In this document: positions 1-10,793 of the stretch, piece by piece
How positions within the stretch are numbered: position 1 is the stretch's first letter
Layout of the letters: the number at the start of each line of letters is the position of its first letter
NCBI GenBank assembly: GCA_034439715.1
Contig: JAWXAY010000082.1
Span: forward strand, 1-35,576
Direction: 5' to 3'
Source of the DNA: Pseudomonadota bacterium
GTDB lineage: Bacteria; Bdellovibrionota; Bdellovibrionia; Bdellovibrionales; SG-bin7
Length of the DNA: 35,576 bases
The notes under the pieces: model-generated
Seen by the model: only the letters and a program-made list of their open reading frames with translations
The model's database searches: none
Told to the model about the DNA's origin: nothing
Translations under genes and position numbers: made by a program

Positions 1-1519
<1,519 letters not shown>

Positions 1520-1636
1520 AACTGAAAAATTTAAATTCATGTTAAAACTAATTCATCTTAAAACTCTAAAGCTGACAAGCACAGATTGCTCGCGCAATCT
1601 GGCTTAGCCCTTAAAAAATCTGTTTCTGCTATTTAG

Positions 1637-1649
1637 TTTTCAAAGAGCG
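1637..1649 (-). promoter_or_regulatory. rrn leader boxA antitermination element
   Basis: Minus strand CGCTCTTTGAAAA about 120 nt upstream of the 16S, resembling boxA (TGCTCTTTAACA). Confidence 0.7.
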
Positions 1650-1668
1650 AAATTTTGGAAATATAAGA

Positions 1669-1695
1669 AGTATAGAACCACGCCTATTACGTCAA
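1669..1695 (-). promoter_or_regulatory. Putative sigma70 rRNA promoter
   Basis: TTGACG-N15-TATACT just upstream of boxA, with AT-rich A/T tracts further upstream. The 15-nt spacer is short, so confidence is moderate. Confidence 0.45.
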
Positions 1696-1986
1696 TAGGA
1701 AAACAAAAATAAGTTTATGTCTTTGTTTGCAGCCAAAAATCCCACAAAAAAAATGCGCTCCATCGGGCTATAAAAAATTTTAGGTCGGCAAAAAGGCTAA
1801 AAAAATAAAATTAATAAATCTAAAAAATGGCATAACTTCATAAGGTTATCAGTTAAATAAAATGAAAAAATTTGGTTCTGTCCTTTGAAAGGGAAATTAT
1901 CCAAAATTTTTGTTTAGTTTGAAATCAATGCCAAAAAAAAGAGCAAAGGTTTTTTATCCTTTTGAGAAAGGCTTACGTGAGATATT

Positions 1987-2062
<76 letters not shown>

Positions 2063-2140
2063 ACTTCAAGGTTAAGATGGCCTAAAGAAAGGGGTTTGGT
2101 CAAATAAAATTAGAAATTTAGTTGCTGAGAAAAAACTGAA

Positions 2141-2677
2141 CTAACAACGAGCTGCGATTTTCTTATTGAGCACCATGTGTTTGATCCAAAGTTTTTCCTG
2201 AGTAAAGTCTATTCCAATGGCCTCGCCGCCTTCAATAATAGACATAAAGGCATGTCTGAGCTCAATGAAAGTCGGCACATTATCAGGCGCTACTTCCAAA
2301 CATTCCTCCATCGCTTCAAAAATGCTAACCAAATCTGGTGTAGCAACGACAGTCGGAAGACTTTCCATTTTTATTCCTTCGATGGGAGAGGGTCTGAAAC
2401 CAATGAGTTGATCCGTCAAAAGCACTTTTTTACCCGAGTGAAAATTTACCTGAATAAAAGTTCTTTCGCGATCATCGGTGCGAGACATTATCAAATCAAT
2501 CTCGGCCTCGCGAAACACGATAGCTTTACCATCGATTTTTTGCTGAATTGTAATTCCGACGCCATGATTAACTTCTACAGATAGACCTGAAGTTGAATCT
2601 ACGTAGCGTCTAATCTGCGTTGTAGTAGACTCATTTTCTAGTGATTTTTTCTCGACTTTTCCTTTATTCAACTTCAC
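2141..2677 (-). CDS. Hypothetical protein (178 aa)
   Basis: Longest ORF in the gap, with ordinary globular composition. No family recognised; GTG start uncertain. Confidence 0.7.
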   Translation of the reverse strand: MKLNKGKVEKKSLENESTTTQIRRYVDSTSGLSVEVNHGVGITIQQKIDGKAIVFREAEIDLIMSRTDDRERTFIQVNFHSGKKVLLTDQLIGFRPSPIEGIKMESLPTVVATPDLVSIFEAMEECLEVAPDNVPTFIELRHAFMSIIEGGEAIGIDFTQEKLWIKHMVLNKKIAARC

Positions 2678-2806
2678 TCCTGTTTAAAGTTCCTACCCAT
2701 TACTTACACTTCGTCACAATTACGCTAACGCTTAACTGTATTTTTCTATATACTTCACAACTGTAGACATGTTACTTTTGTTTCACTTTTATACAGGAGA
2801 AGTGAA

Positions 2807-3112
2807 TTGATAATTACGCGTTGGCAAGCGCAAGTAGTCCCTTCGATCGAACAGATGAAGATGATGTTTGAAGTTGAAGGCCTAGAGCCTCAACTTGAAA
2901 CTTACGACCCTGAGATCGAAATTGGTGAACACCGGCATCCTTTTGATGAAGTGAGAATGGTTTGTTCTGGGACACTTCTAATTAACATAGATGGAACAAA
3001 ACTGCTGCTGAGAGCTGGGGATAAGATCCATATTCCTTCAAACACCAAACACTCTACCAAGACTGAAGGCTCCGGAGCCTGTGTCTCAATCTGCGCCAAA
3101 AAAATATTCTGA
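2807..3112 (+). CDS. Cupin domain protein
   Basis: Cupin motifs HRHPFDEVRMV..G and GDKIHIPSNTKH; AGGAG SD before the TTG start. Confidence 0.9.
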   Translation: MIITRWQAQVVPSIEQMKMMFEVEGLEPQLETYDPEIEIGEHRHPFDEVRMVCSGTLLINIDGTKLLLRAGDKIHIPSNTKHSTKTEGSGACVSICAKKIF

Positions 3113-3170
3113 GAATGTCTCGGCCTGAGTCAGAAAATTAATGTTTCCGCTCAATTTCTGAAAATTAGAC

Positions 3171-3198
3171 TAAAGTATAGGCGCCGAAGTCTCGATAA
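3171..3198 (+). promoter_or_regulatory. Putative sigma28 (FliA)-like promoter
   Basis: TAAA-N16-CTCGATAA, 20 nt before the 577-aa gene; same spacing as four other sites in the window. Confidence 0.55.
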
Positions 3199-3218
3199 GT
3201 AAATACTAAGACAAAGGA

Positions 3219-4952
3219 ATGGGTGTATCTATGGAAATGAATAAGCCAGGTATTTTGTGGCTACTGGCATCTCAAAGATTTCAGGCTATCTCTATGTTTG
3301 TATTTGGATTTTTAACTGTTTCAGCTTTATTTAACAACTGCAGTAAAATCGACGGAACTGAAGACCTGGCCAGCTTAGATTTAGGGCCCAGGCCGATCAT
3401 AAGCTCTACTTTAACTAGTCCCACTACCGTAACTCCCATCCCCCTAAAAATTTCATTTAATACTGACGTGGTGGGTTTAACTGTTGAAGATTTCGTGGTC
3501 ACCAATGGTACGGCCACAGGGTTGATAACCTTAAACGCATCTAATTACTCACTGGATGTTACTGCTGCGGCCTGGGGGCAGGTGACGGTAGTGATCCCAG
3601 CAGGAGTTGCTAAAGATATAAGTAACGGACAAATAAATGCAGTATCTAATACCTATTCAATAACGTTTGGCTCTAACGACGCCAACGCTTTTTCAATTGC
3701 CATTGTTGATGACAAAAAATTTCCTTACTATTTTGGCCGAGACGGTGGGGCATTTGGGAGCAGCTGTGCAGTTCTCGCCACCGCTCCCGCAGCCCAGGAA
3801 ATTACCTGTACCCTGGATTTAAATGAAGGCGACGTTTGGTTTTGGGGATATAAGTTTAAATATCAATCGCCACCTGGCATGTGTAAGTATTTGTCGTTTA
3901 ATAATTATTATTTTTATAACTATGAAGTGGGATACGGCCCGACAGCTGTGACCGTTTATAAAAATGATAACTCGCCTACCCTAACTGCGGCGGTGTTTCC
4001 AACCTTACCTGCAGCTTGTGTGGGAGCCAATACTTGTTGTGTTGTAATAGATGACGCCCACCCAGCCCCTGGCCTTGCGTACGCCAATTGCCAAGGAGTT
4101 CCTGAAATATCAGCTGTTTCTGCAGATGGGAAGCCGACATGTAGGTATGACTACACTAAAACCGACGGTCCAAATTGCTGTGTGGGTCCCTATAGATTGA
4201 CGGTCCATAAAACCAGAGACAATGCGGGAACCATAGTGGCAGACCTCGGCGCCGCCGAACAATATTTATGGGATGGAAAATTTGGTGATTGCATGGGCGG
4301 GCCTGCGGCCGATGACACTAATTGGCCGAAAATAAAATCTAGTGGTGCACCTGCTGACGGAGTTGTAGAATATGCTGCGTCCGGTATCAATGAAGAATAT
4401 CAAATTCAAGCACCCAATGTAACAAGCTTCGCGGTACCAGTTAATATCAGCGCCATAAACTCATTCACCAACGTGGCCGGCAATACTCCCCACGCGCACA
4501 CAGTTCAGTTTTGGAATGGCACTGCTCTTGTGAATGTGACTTCAAATTTACCGTACGGTATTGAACCCATTGCCGATCGTTCTGGCGATGGCCTCGATGC
4601 AACAAACAGTAACTTCGTGTTTGACTGTCTCGACGAGGCCTTTGAAGTCAAGCATCGAATTCGCATGAAAGCGCGCGAGTGGAATACCTATGCGGCCTAC
4701 TTGGCTTATGGGGCTTCAGCGGGAGCAACAGTTAGCCCAGATGTTGTCGGCATCGAAGGAACAATTTGTACTGAAAGAATTTTAGTTTCAGGTGGCTATT
4801 GCAACGATAACATGGATTGGGACGATACCTTTCCGATAGGCGTAGGCAATCAGGCAGGCTTTCAGACGCTGAGAGTTGGTGGTTATGTCGGCGAGCGCTA
4901 CAACTACTTTCCACGAATTCCTAGAGGAAATAGCGCCCCCATTGGTCAGTGA
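3219..4952 (+). CDS. Cys-rich exported (lipo)protein with an N-terminal bacterial Ig-like domain
   Basis: Hydrophobic stretch ending LFNN-C41; Ig-like segment (ISFNTDVVGLTVEDFVVTNG..YSLDVT..VTVVIPAGVAKD..N..S); 14 further Cys. Confidence 0.8.
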   Translation: MGVSMEMNKPGILWLLASQRFQAISMFVFGFLTVSALFNNCSKIDGTEDLASLDLGPRPIISSTLTSPTTVTPIPLKISFNTDVVGLTVEDFVVTNGTATGLITLNASNYSLDVTAAAWGQVTVVIPAGVAKDISNGQINAVSNTYSITFGSNDANAFSIAIVDDKKFPYYFGRDGGAFGSSCAVLATAPAAQEITCTLDLNEGDVWFWGYKFKYQSPPGMCKYLSFNNYYFYNYEVGYGPTAVTVYKNDNSPTLTAAVFPTLPAACVGANTCCVVIDDAHPAPGLAYANCQGVPEISAVSADGKPTCRYDYTKTDGPNCCVGPYRLTVHKTRDNAGTIVADLGAAEQYLWDGKFGDCMGGPAADDTNWPKIKSSGAPADGVVEYAASGINEEYQIQAPNVTSFAVPVNISAINSFTNVAGNTPHAHTVQFWNGTALVNVTSNLPYGIEPIADRSGDGLDATNSNFVFDCLDEAFEVKHRIRMKAREWNTYAAYLAYGASAGATVSPDVVGIEGTICTERILVSGGYCNDNMDWDDTFPIGVGNQAGFQTLRVGGYVGERYNYFPRIPRGNSAPIGQ

Positions 4953-4971
4953 ACAGAATCTTTAGATATTT

Positions 4972-6315
4972 TTAGTGATCTTGAGACTTCAGCCAATCCA
5001 AAAAAGCGGCGATTTGTTTTTCATAACCGCGACTGGAAGGCATATAATAATTTTTATTTAGGATCTCTTGAGGAAAAAATTCTTGCGCAATAAAACCAGT
5101 TTCGCTGTTGTGAGAGTATTTGTAGCCCTCACCATACCCTTGACTCTTAAGAAACTGAGAATTGCCACTACGGAGTGACAGAGGCACCGGTAGCGCACCC
5201 GTGCGCTCGACTTCTTCTTGTGCGGCGATAAGAGCCTTATAGGACCGATTGGATTTAGGCGCCGTCGACAAATAGGTCACCACATGAGCCAAATTAATCG
5301 CGGCTTCAGGTAGCCCCACAATTTCGACAGCTTGAAATCCCGCAATGGCTATAGATAATGCCCGAGGATCTGCATTACCAACGTCTTCAGATGCTAAAAC
5401 TATTAATCGACGCGCTATAAATTTGGGATCTTCGCCAAATTTAATCATTCGGGCCAGATAATATAGAGCGGCACTGGCATCGCTACCACGAACGCTCTTT
5501 ATAAAGGCCGAAATGGTGTCGTAGTGATTGTCACTCTTCTTATCGTAATAGCCTAATCGACTCCCAAGAACTTGGCTTAAAGCGTCTGCCGCTAATGGCC
5601 ACACAAACTCCGTGTTGTCGACAGCGGGTTTACTGTCAGTGAAATAAAGGTTTAAAACTCCCTCCACCATATTAATTAAAGCGCGCCCGTCCCCCTTTGC
5701 TAGCTCGCAAATCTGGCTGGAAGCCTCTTCTGTTAATACCTCAATAGAATCGAGCGAAGAATACTTAAAAGCCCTTTGCAGCAACTTTTGAAGATCCGCT
5801 ATCTTTAAAGGTTTAAGAATAAATACCTGGCAACGACTCAATAAAGCAGAATTGAGTTCGTAGCTTGGGTTCTCGGTGGTAGCACCAATTAAAGTAAAAT
5901 CACCTTTTTCTATGAATGGCAGAAAATTATCTTGCTGAGATTTGTTAAGTCGGTGAATTTCGTCGACGAATATTACTGTATGACGGCCATGAATTTGCTT
6001 CCTTGACTGAGCACTAGCTCCCAATTCGCGAATTTCTTTAGCACCCAGATCGGTAGCGCTCTCAAGAAAAAGTTCAGCCTCTATAGCTGAAGCTAATATA
6101 CGAGCCAAAGTGGTTTTGCCAGTTCCAGGAGGCCCCCAAAACAAAGTATTGGGCAATACACCCTGGGCTAACATTTTTTTTAACACACTTTTTTCGCCAA
6201 CAATTTCACTTTGACCAAGAACGTCGTCAAGAGATGTGGGTCTTAATCTTTCAGCAAGAGGAATGAGTTTATGGTTTTGAACGGGGAGATTTCCAGAATA
6301 AGAAAATAAATCCAT
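4972..6315 (-). CDS. rarA: Replication-associated recombination protein A (MgsA/RarA AAA+ ATPase)
   Basis: PLAERLRP, Walker A GPPGTGKTT, Walker B FVDEIHR, GATTENP, SAFIKSVRGSD, SEDVGNADP, APKSN. Confidence 0.96.
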   Translation of the reverse strand: MDLFSYSGNLPVQNHKLIPLAERLRPTSLDDVLGQSEIVGEKSVLKKMLAQGVLPNTLFWGPPGTGKTTLARILASAIEAELFLESATDLGAKEIRELGASAQSRKQIHGRHTVIFVDEIHRLNKSQQDNFLPFIEKGDFTLIGATTENPSYELNSALLSRCQVFILKPLKIADLQKLLQRAFKYSSLDSIEVLTEEASSQICELAKGDGRALINMVEGVLNLYFTDSKPAVDNTEFVWPLAADALSQVLGSRLGYYDKKSDNHYDTISAFIKSVRGSDASAALYYLARMIKFGEDPKFIARRLIVLASEDVGNADPRALSIAIAGFQAVEIVGLPEAAINLAHVVTYLSTAPKSNRSYKALIAAQEEVERTGALPVPLSLRSGNSQFLKSQGYGEGYKYSHNSETGFIAQEFFPQEILNKNYYMPSSRGYEKQIAAFLDWLKSQDH

Positions 6316-6348
6316 GCTGAGACTATATGCTATAGGCCCCTAAGGGAT

Positions 6349-6909
6349 TCAAGGAATATTCTGGATTGAAAATGTCGAAGAAGCACTCACAGGTCTTTGA
6401 ACATTATTGATATCTGTATGAATTCCAATGAGTTTAACTCTAACGGTCGTCACAAAACTGGCCGTCTTGTTTTTGATTTGAAGGCCGCCGCAATGGAACG
6501 AACAAATGGAATCGCGAGTAATAGAGTCGGCGGCGCCAATGGTAACAGTGCGGGAATCAAACCCCAAAGCAAAAGCCAGTGATGAACCTGACGAACCCGG
6601 AACAAAAACGCAAGTGTCTTTAGTGATATTTCCGGACTCCGGGATTTCAAGTTTAACGATGACCGGTTCAAAACTACCTTCGCCTTGCCAAGTCGTTGTC
6701 ATTTTAGACAAGTAGTATCGTGGCTCACTTATTGTTGCGGCGGGGTAACAGATGTCTGTGTCGCCAAATACAATATTGCCTGGCAAAATAAAACCTATTT
6801 TAGTCAAAGAAATCGACAAGAGTTCTTTGGACGCATCACCTTTTGAACACGCGACAATTGCGACCAAAAAGGCAAAAAATATTAAGTTTTTTAAATGCCT
6901 GGTTACCAT
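6349..6909 (-). CDS. Hypothetical lipoprotein downstream of pilQ
   Basis: Basic N-terminus, hydrophobic core, lipobox IVA-C21; beta-rich mature part with 4 Cys. Confidence 0.75.
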   Translation of the reverse strand: MVTRHLKNLIFFAFLVAIVACSKGDASKELLSISLTKIGFILPGNIVFGDTDICYPAATISEPRYYLSKMTTTWQGEGSFEPVIVKLEIPESGNITKDTCVFVPGSSGSSLAFALGFDSRTVTIGAADSITRDSICSFHCGGLQIKNKTASFVTTVRVKLIGIHTDINNVQRPVSASSTFSIQNIP

Positions 6910-6988
6910 ACCACCAACATTATCATCACCTTTCTATTCAATGTTATTTTACCATGCCACGGTCCTCTTTTCACTATTACACTGGGCA

Positions 6989-9052
6989 TTAATTTACCAC
7001 TGTACTCGTTATAGGCCCGGCTAAAATGCGAGGAGTTAAGAAAATGAGAAGTTCGTTTTTCTGGTTTTTCTCATTTTGGTATTTAAACAGGTATCCTAAA
7101 ATGGGTAAGTCTTTTAGAAAGGGTACACCATTAATACCAAGACTTGTGTCATTTTGATAGATTCCACCAATGACCGCAGTTTGGCCATTTCGCACTAATA
7201 CTTTAGTTTTAGCATGTCGCTTACTGATGGAAATGGCCTCGTCGCCAGCTGCCACGGACACTTGAGCTCCGGGCACGTCACGCTGAAGATCAATTTTTAA
7301 CATGACGCTGTCGTCGGCAGTAACTTGGGGAGTCACTTTTAACTTCAACTGAATCTGCCTAAAATCAATTTTACGGAGAGGAGTCCCGCCAGAGGTGCCT
7401 TGATCGTTGGTTTGAACGGTCACAAATGGTATTTCGGTGGTTTGTTCAATTTCAGCTTCTTCGTTGTGAACAGCCGTGATTCGCGGAGAGGAAAGAATCT
7501 TAACTTTGGACTCGGATTCTGCGATAGCTAAGCTGGCATTGACGTCACCAAAAAAATTTAGCGTCCCAACGTTAAGTGCGAGATCGAGGCCCTTACCGGA
7601 AGGGATTGACGGAGAAACACCCAGACTCGGCGTCAGGTTAACGGGCGCGCCACTTTTATTTTTTCCAATGACCGTGGCTTCGCCAGAGAAATTCCAATTA
7701 AATCCAAACTCACGATTAAAATCCTCCACAGCTTCTACAACTTTGCCCTCGATAAGCACTTGTGCCGGAGGTGTGTCGAGCTGCCTGATTAGGCGCTCTA
7801 CTCTATCTACATTTGTAGCGGTGTCGGTAATTACAATAGAACTGGTACGCTTATCCACGCTCATTTGCCCGCGCTCTTTGCTTAAGAAATTCTTGATCTG
7901 AATTTGTAGTTCAGTAACATCCGCATAGCTGACAGTCACAACTCGCATGACCAGATCTTCTAATCTCTTACGGGACTCTAAAATTTGCACAGCTTCTTCA
8001 GCCTCATCCTTTAGTGATACTAAGGGGGCAATTCGCAAAACGTTGCCCTGCCTTATGTAACCCAAGCGCTTAGTCTGGAGCACGATGATCATGGCTTGAT
8101 CCCAAGGAATTTTATTTAATTTCATTGAGACTGTTCCCGTAACTTGGTCGTCTACAATCATGTTTAGTCCGCTATTCTCAGCTATAAAGTTTAAAACGTC
8201 TCGGACGTCACCATTTTTTACTTCAATTGATATTTTTTTTCCGTAAAATTTATTGCTCGTAGAGAGGAATTCATAAAGAGACTTACTCTTTAAAACCATG
8301 TTTTCATCGATCAGCATGGCCTCTTCTTTAAACTGAGATGGTAAGACTAAGGCACTATCCTCGCTCTTCACCGCCTGAGCCAAAGCTTCCATTTGAGATG
8401 GCTCAACCGGTCGATCAGTCCCAGAAATAAAAATAGAATTGCCCTTCTGCACAATGGCGGGCGCGCCCCCTTGTTTTGCCTGTACTAATATCCTTGCCGT
8501 AGATGAGCTGGGAGCTTGATAGGCTTCAAATGATATGAATGGACCCTCAAACTCTTTGGTTATAAACGGCCTTTTAAAGCGATCCGGCAAATTAACATTT
8601 TGAAGTTCTATAACATGTTGATTGCCAGCGCGTCCGGGTCGAATTTTGTAAGTTGTCACGTCAGAAGTTTCAATGACCATCGTTCCGCCATTTACCTGTG
8701 ACAGGTACTTTAGTTCTTTGATACTTGCTGATGGCTTGGTGGCACTTGTACTAAATAGGGCCTCCTCGGTTTTCTCTATATCGTCCTTTTTTGACACCCT
8801 TTTTTCCTGATCGGTGCTTGAGTCATCCTCTTCGCTTTCGTCCGCTAGCTCATCATCGAGCGACTCAGAATCTTCATTGTCCTCACCATCCTCGGTCAAT
8901 GCCTCTTCTTCGCCTTCAACTGATGCTTCCACCTCACCGGAGGAATCCACATCCCCTTCTTCCTCTGTCGAAGTACAACCTGAAAAAAATAAAGAAAACT
9001 GAGCAACGAGAGTCAAAATCAAAAACCACTTGAATCCAATTTTTGGCTTCAT
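6989..9052 (-). CDS. pilQ: Type IV pilus secretin PilQ
   Basis: AMIN-like region, N0 (GKKISIEVKNGDVRDVL..IPWDQA), N3 (VDKRTSSIVITD..LDTP.AQVLIEGKVVE), secretin domain (ILSSPRI, LKVTPQV, VPFLKDLPILGYLFK, ELLIFLTPRI); last gene of pilMNOPQ. Confidence 0.96.
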   Translation of the reverse strand: MKPKIGFKWFLILTLVAQFSLFFSGCTSTEEEGDVDSSGEVEASVEGEEEALTEDGEDNEDSESLDDELADESEEDDSSTDQEKRVSKKDDIEKTEEALFSTSATKPSASIKELKYLSQVNGGTMVIETSDVTTYKIRPGRAGNQHVIELQNVNLPDRFKRPFITKEFEGPFISFEAYQAPSSSTARILVQAKQGGAPAIVQKGNSIFISGTDRPVEPSQMEALAQAVKSEDSALVLPSQFKEEAMLIDENMVLKSKSLYEFLSTSNKFYGKKISIEVKNGDVRDVLNFIAENSGLNMIVDDQVTGTVSMKLNKIPWDQAMIIVLQTKRLGYIRQGNVLRIAPLVSLKDEAEEAVQILESRKRLEDLVMRVVTVSYADVTELQIQIKNFLSKERGQMSVDKRTSSIVITDTATNVDRVERLIRQLDTPPAQVLIEGKVVEAVEDFNREFGFNWNFSGEATVIGKNKSGAPVNLTPSLGVSPSIPSGKGLDLALNVGTLNFFGDVNASLAIAESESKVKILSSPRITAVHNEEAEIEQTTEIPFVTVQTNDQGTSGGTPLRKIDFRQIQLKLKVTPQVTADDSVMLKIDLQRDVPGAQVSVAAGDEAISISKRHAKTKVLVRNGQTAVIGGIYQNDTSLGINGVPFLKDLPILGYLFKYQNEKNQKNELLIFLTPRILAGPITSTVVN

Positions 9053-9615
9053 TCTTTCCTTCCGATGGATACGACTCTCGTAGTGTACGTTGTTTTGCCT
9101 TCGTCTTCAATCGGCTCGACTACAACAATTTCTCCTTCACGAATAATGGCTATATAACCGTTATTTCTGCCCACTTTTGAGTTCTGCTCTACGACGTGCA
9201 GAGTGCCGTTCGGATCCTTGATCATGGCCTTTGGTCTGGAGACATCCCATATTATTCCCACTAATTCCAGCTGATCGAGTTCATATCGCTGTAAGAACAT
9301 TAAGGGACCTACGGATTTACCAGGAAGTAATTCTAACTGACCATAGTAGGGCTGAAAGGGATCTCTTTTATTTTTGGGATCATAGTCGTAAGTTCTTAGG
9401 GACTTCAAAAGAATTCCCGGATCTTCAGTGATCTGTTGAATAACTGCAGCATCCAGAACTTCGGGTGCACCACCTACCGGTGCCACTACCGGAGCCTCTG
9501 CCTGCTGAGCCCGAGTTTTGCCCATAAAACTACTAGAAACTAAAAAAGCAAGCAAGGTGGCAAATAAACCCGTTACTAAAAATGAAATGTTGACCAACAA
9601 GTTACTTCTTTTCAT
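9049..9615 (-). CDS. pilP: Type IV pilus assembly protein PilP (start moved to ATG at 9615)
   Basis: YDPKNKRDPF, LQRYELDQLELVGIIW, AMIKDPNG, VGRNNGYI; lies between pilO and pilQ. MKRSNLL start gives a 14-nt overlap with pilO. Confidence 0.88.
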   Translation of the reverse strand: MKRSNLLVNISFLVTGLFATLLAFLVSSSFMGKTRAQQAEAPVVAPVGGAPEVLDAAVIQQITEDPGILLKSLRTYDYDPKNKRDPFQPYYGQLELLPGKSVGPLMFLQRYELDQLELVGIIWDVSRPKAMIKDPNGTLHVVEQNSKVGRNNGYIAIIREGEIVVVEPIEDEGKTTYTTRVVSIGRKE

Positions 9616-10192
9616 TGGCGTTTCCTGGTTCTTCTTGACTGAGATATCGATACCCGACGATTCGGCCATTGAGGTTGATAATCGGAGACTCAATGTCCTC
9701 TTCGGTATTTATGAATTTAAGTTCTTCGACTTCAAGAATTCTTTTAATCTTGGATATGTTAGCAATAAATAAAGTCAGCGACGAAAATGAACCTTTAAGT
9801 TCAAAATCTATCCCCATGGACTCGTATATACTTTCTTTTTTGGTTTCTTTTTGAGGAGACATCTTAACAACAGTAGCCCCAGCCACCTGTGCTTGTTTTG
9901 AGATGTCGCTGATTAATTTGTCAGCCTGAAACTCGGCTGGCAAAAACTCAAAGGCCTCTTTAAATTGCGAACCAATAACTGCTACTTTTTCTTTTAGCAA
10001 TAAGCCCTCTTCGATATCTCTCTTCAACCCTTCGCTTACCTTTTCTTTTAAACCATACTCAATATTCTTATTAACGATCAGCGAATCAAGCACTGAGCCA
10101 TCGTTATAAAGAAAAATATAGTAAAGAGCTGCTAGGGAAATACCAAAAAAAATGACCAAGCCAAAAGTCAGTTTTTCAAAAAACTCAGCCAT
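9602..10192 (-). CDS. pilO: Type IV pilus assembly protein PilO (start ATG at 10192)
   Basis: N-terminal TM, coiled region, FLP..ADKLISDIS, ELKGSFSSLTLFIANISKIKRIL; GAGGGG SD; operon position. Confidence 0.88.
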   Translation of the reverse strand: MAEFFEKLTFGLVIFFGISLAALYYIFLYNDGSVLDSLIVNKNIEYGLKEKVSEGLKRDIEEGLLLKEKVAVIGSQFKEAFEFLPAEFQADKLISDISKQAQVAGATVVKMSPQKETKKESIYESMGIDFELKGSFSSLTLFIANISKIKRILEVEELKFINTEEDIESPIINLNGRIVGYRYLSQEEPGNANEKK

Positions 10193-10793
10193 TGGGCCCC
10201 TCAACCGAACAGTTAAGTTCGAACTTCTTTACGTTGCCATACTTTTTTTTAACTTGTTCTACGTTTACCGTTTCTACATTATTAAAAAAAACGCTGTCGT
10301 CGAGCTCCTTAATAAATTGTGTCACGTCGTCATTAGAGACTCCCACTCCCTGAATGTTCATTTTTGAACCCATTAAGTTGAGCGAAGTAAACCAAACTCG
10401 GCTCGGTGTGATGGCCTGAAGAGAATCTAGAGAACGGATTGCCATAAGTCTCTTTTTTGAAAGTAACGCTATGGTTCCAATTATGCGATTTAACTTGTCG
10501 CCTTCTTCTTTATATTGCTTGAGTTCACCGTATTTAACCAAAAGCTGGGCGGAATCAGATTCGATTTGAGCTAGCTTTTTGGTCGCCTGATCTAAAGTAT
10601 TTTGCTTTAAGTTTACGTTAGTATTTTGATAATAGATAAGAAGCAGGGTTGGAAGTGATAAGAAAAGAAGCTTCCAGATAATTTTGACTTTTTCTTCTGT
10701 TTTAAAATCTTTGATCAAGATTGTCTGAGAAACTGTGGCTTCTCCTATCGCTCCAGCGCGGCCAAGATTCTTAAGAAGATTGACTTTAATCAG
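10185..10793 (-). CDS. pilN: Type IV pilus assembly protein PilN (extended 25 codons to a CTG start)
   Basis: TPSRVWFTSL..IQGVG.SNDDVTQFIKELDDSVFFNNV PilN core. The in-frame extension encodes the conserved xIKVNLL N-terminus and overlaps the pilM stop (CTGA). Confidence 0.85.
   Translation of the reverse strand: MIKVNLLKNLGRAGAIGEATVSQTILIKDFKTEEKVKIIWKLLFLSLPTLLLIYYQNTNVNLKQNTLDQATKKLAQIESDSAQLLVKYGELKQYKEEGDKLNRIIGTIALLSKKRLMAIRSLDSLQAITPSRVWFTSLNLMGSKMNIQGVGVSNDDVTQFIKELDDSVFFNNVETVNVEQVKKKYGNVKKFELNCSVEGPNG

Noticed and set aside
6309..6323. Isolated TGAGAC/GTCTCA half-sites (here and inside genes)
   Set aside because: Single hexamers are expected by chance in 35 kb; only near-complete intergenic copies were counted.
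8791..9033. Ser-rich and Pro/His-rich plus-strand ORFs
   Set aside because: Antisense read-outs of the acidic low-complexity PilQ linker; not a tandem repeat array or separate genes.
9616..9693. 26-aa N-terminal extension of PilP in the ORF track
   Set aside because: It would overlap pilO by 92 nt; the ATG at 9615 gives a normal basic-plus-hydrophobic N-terminus.
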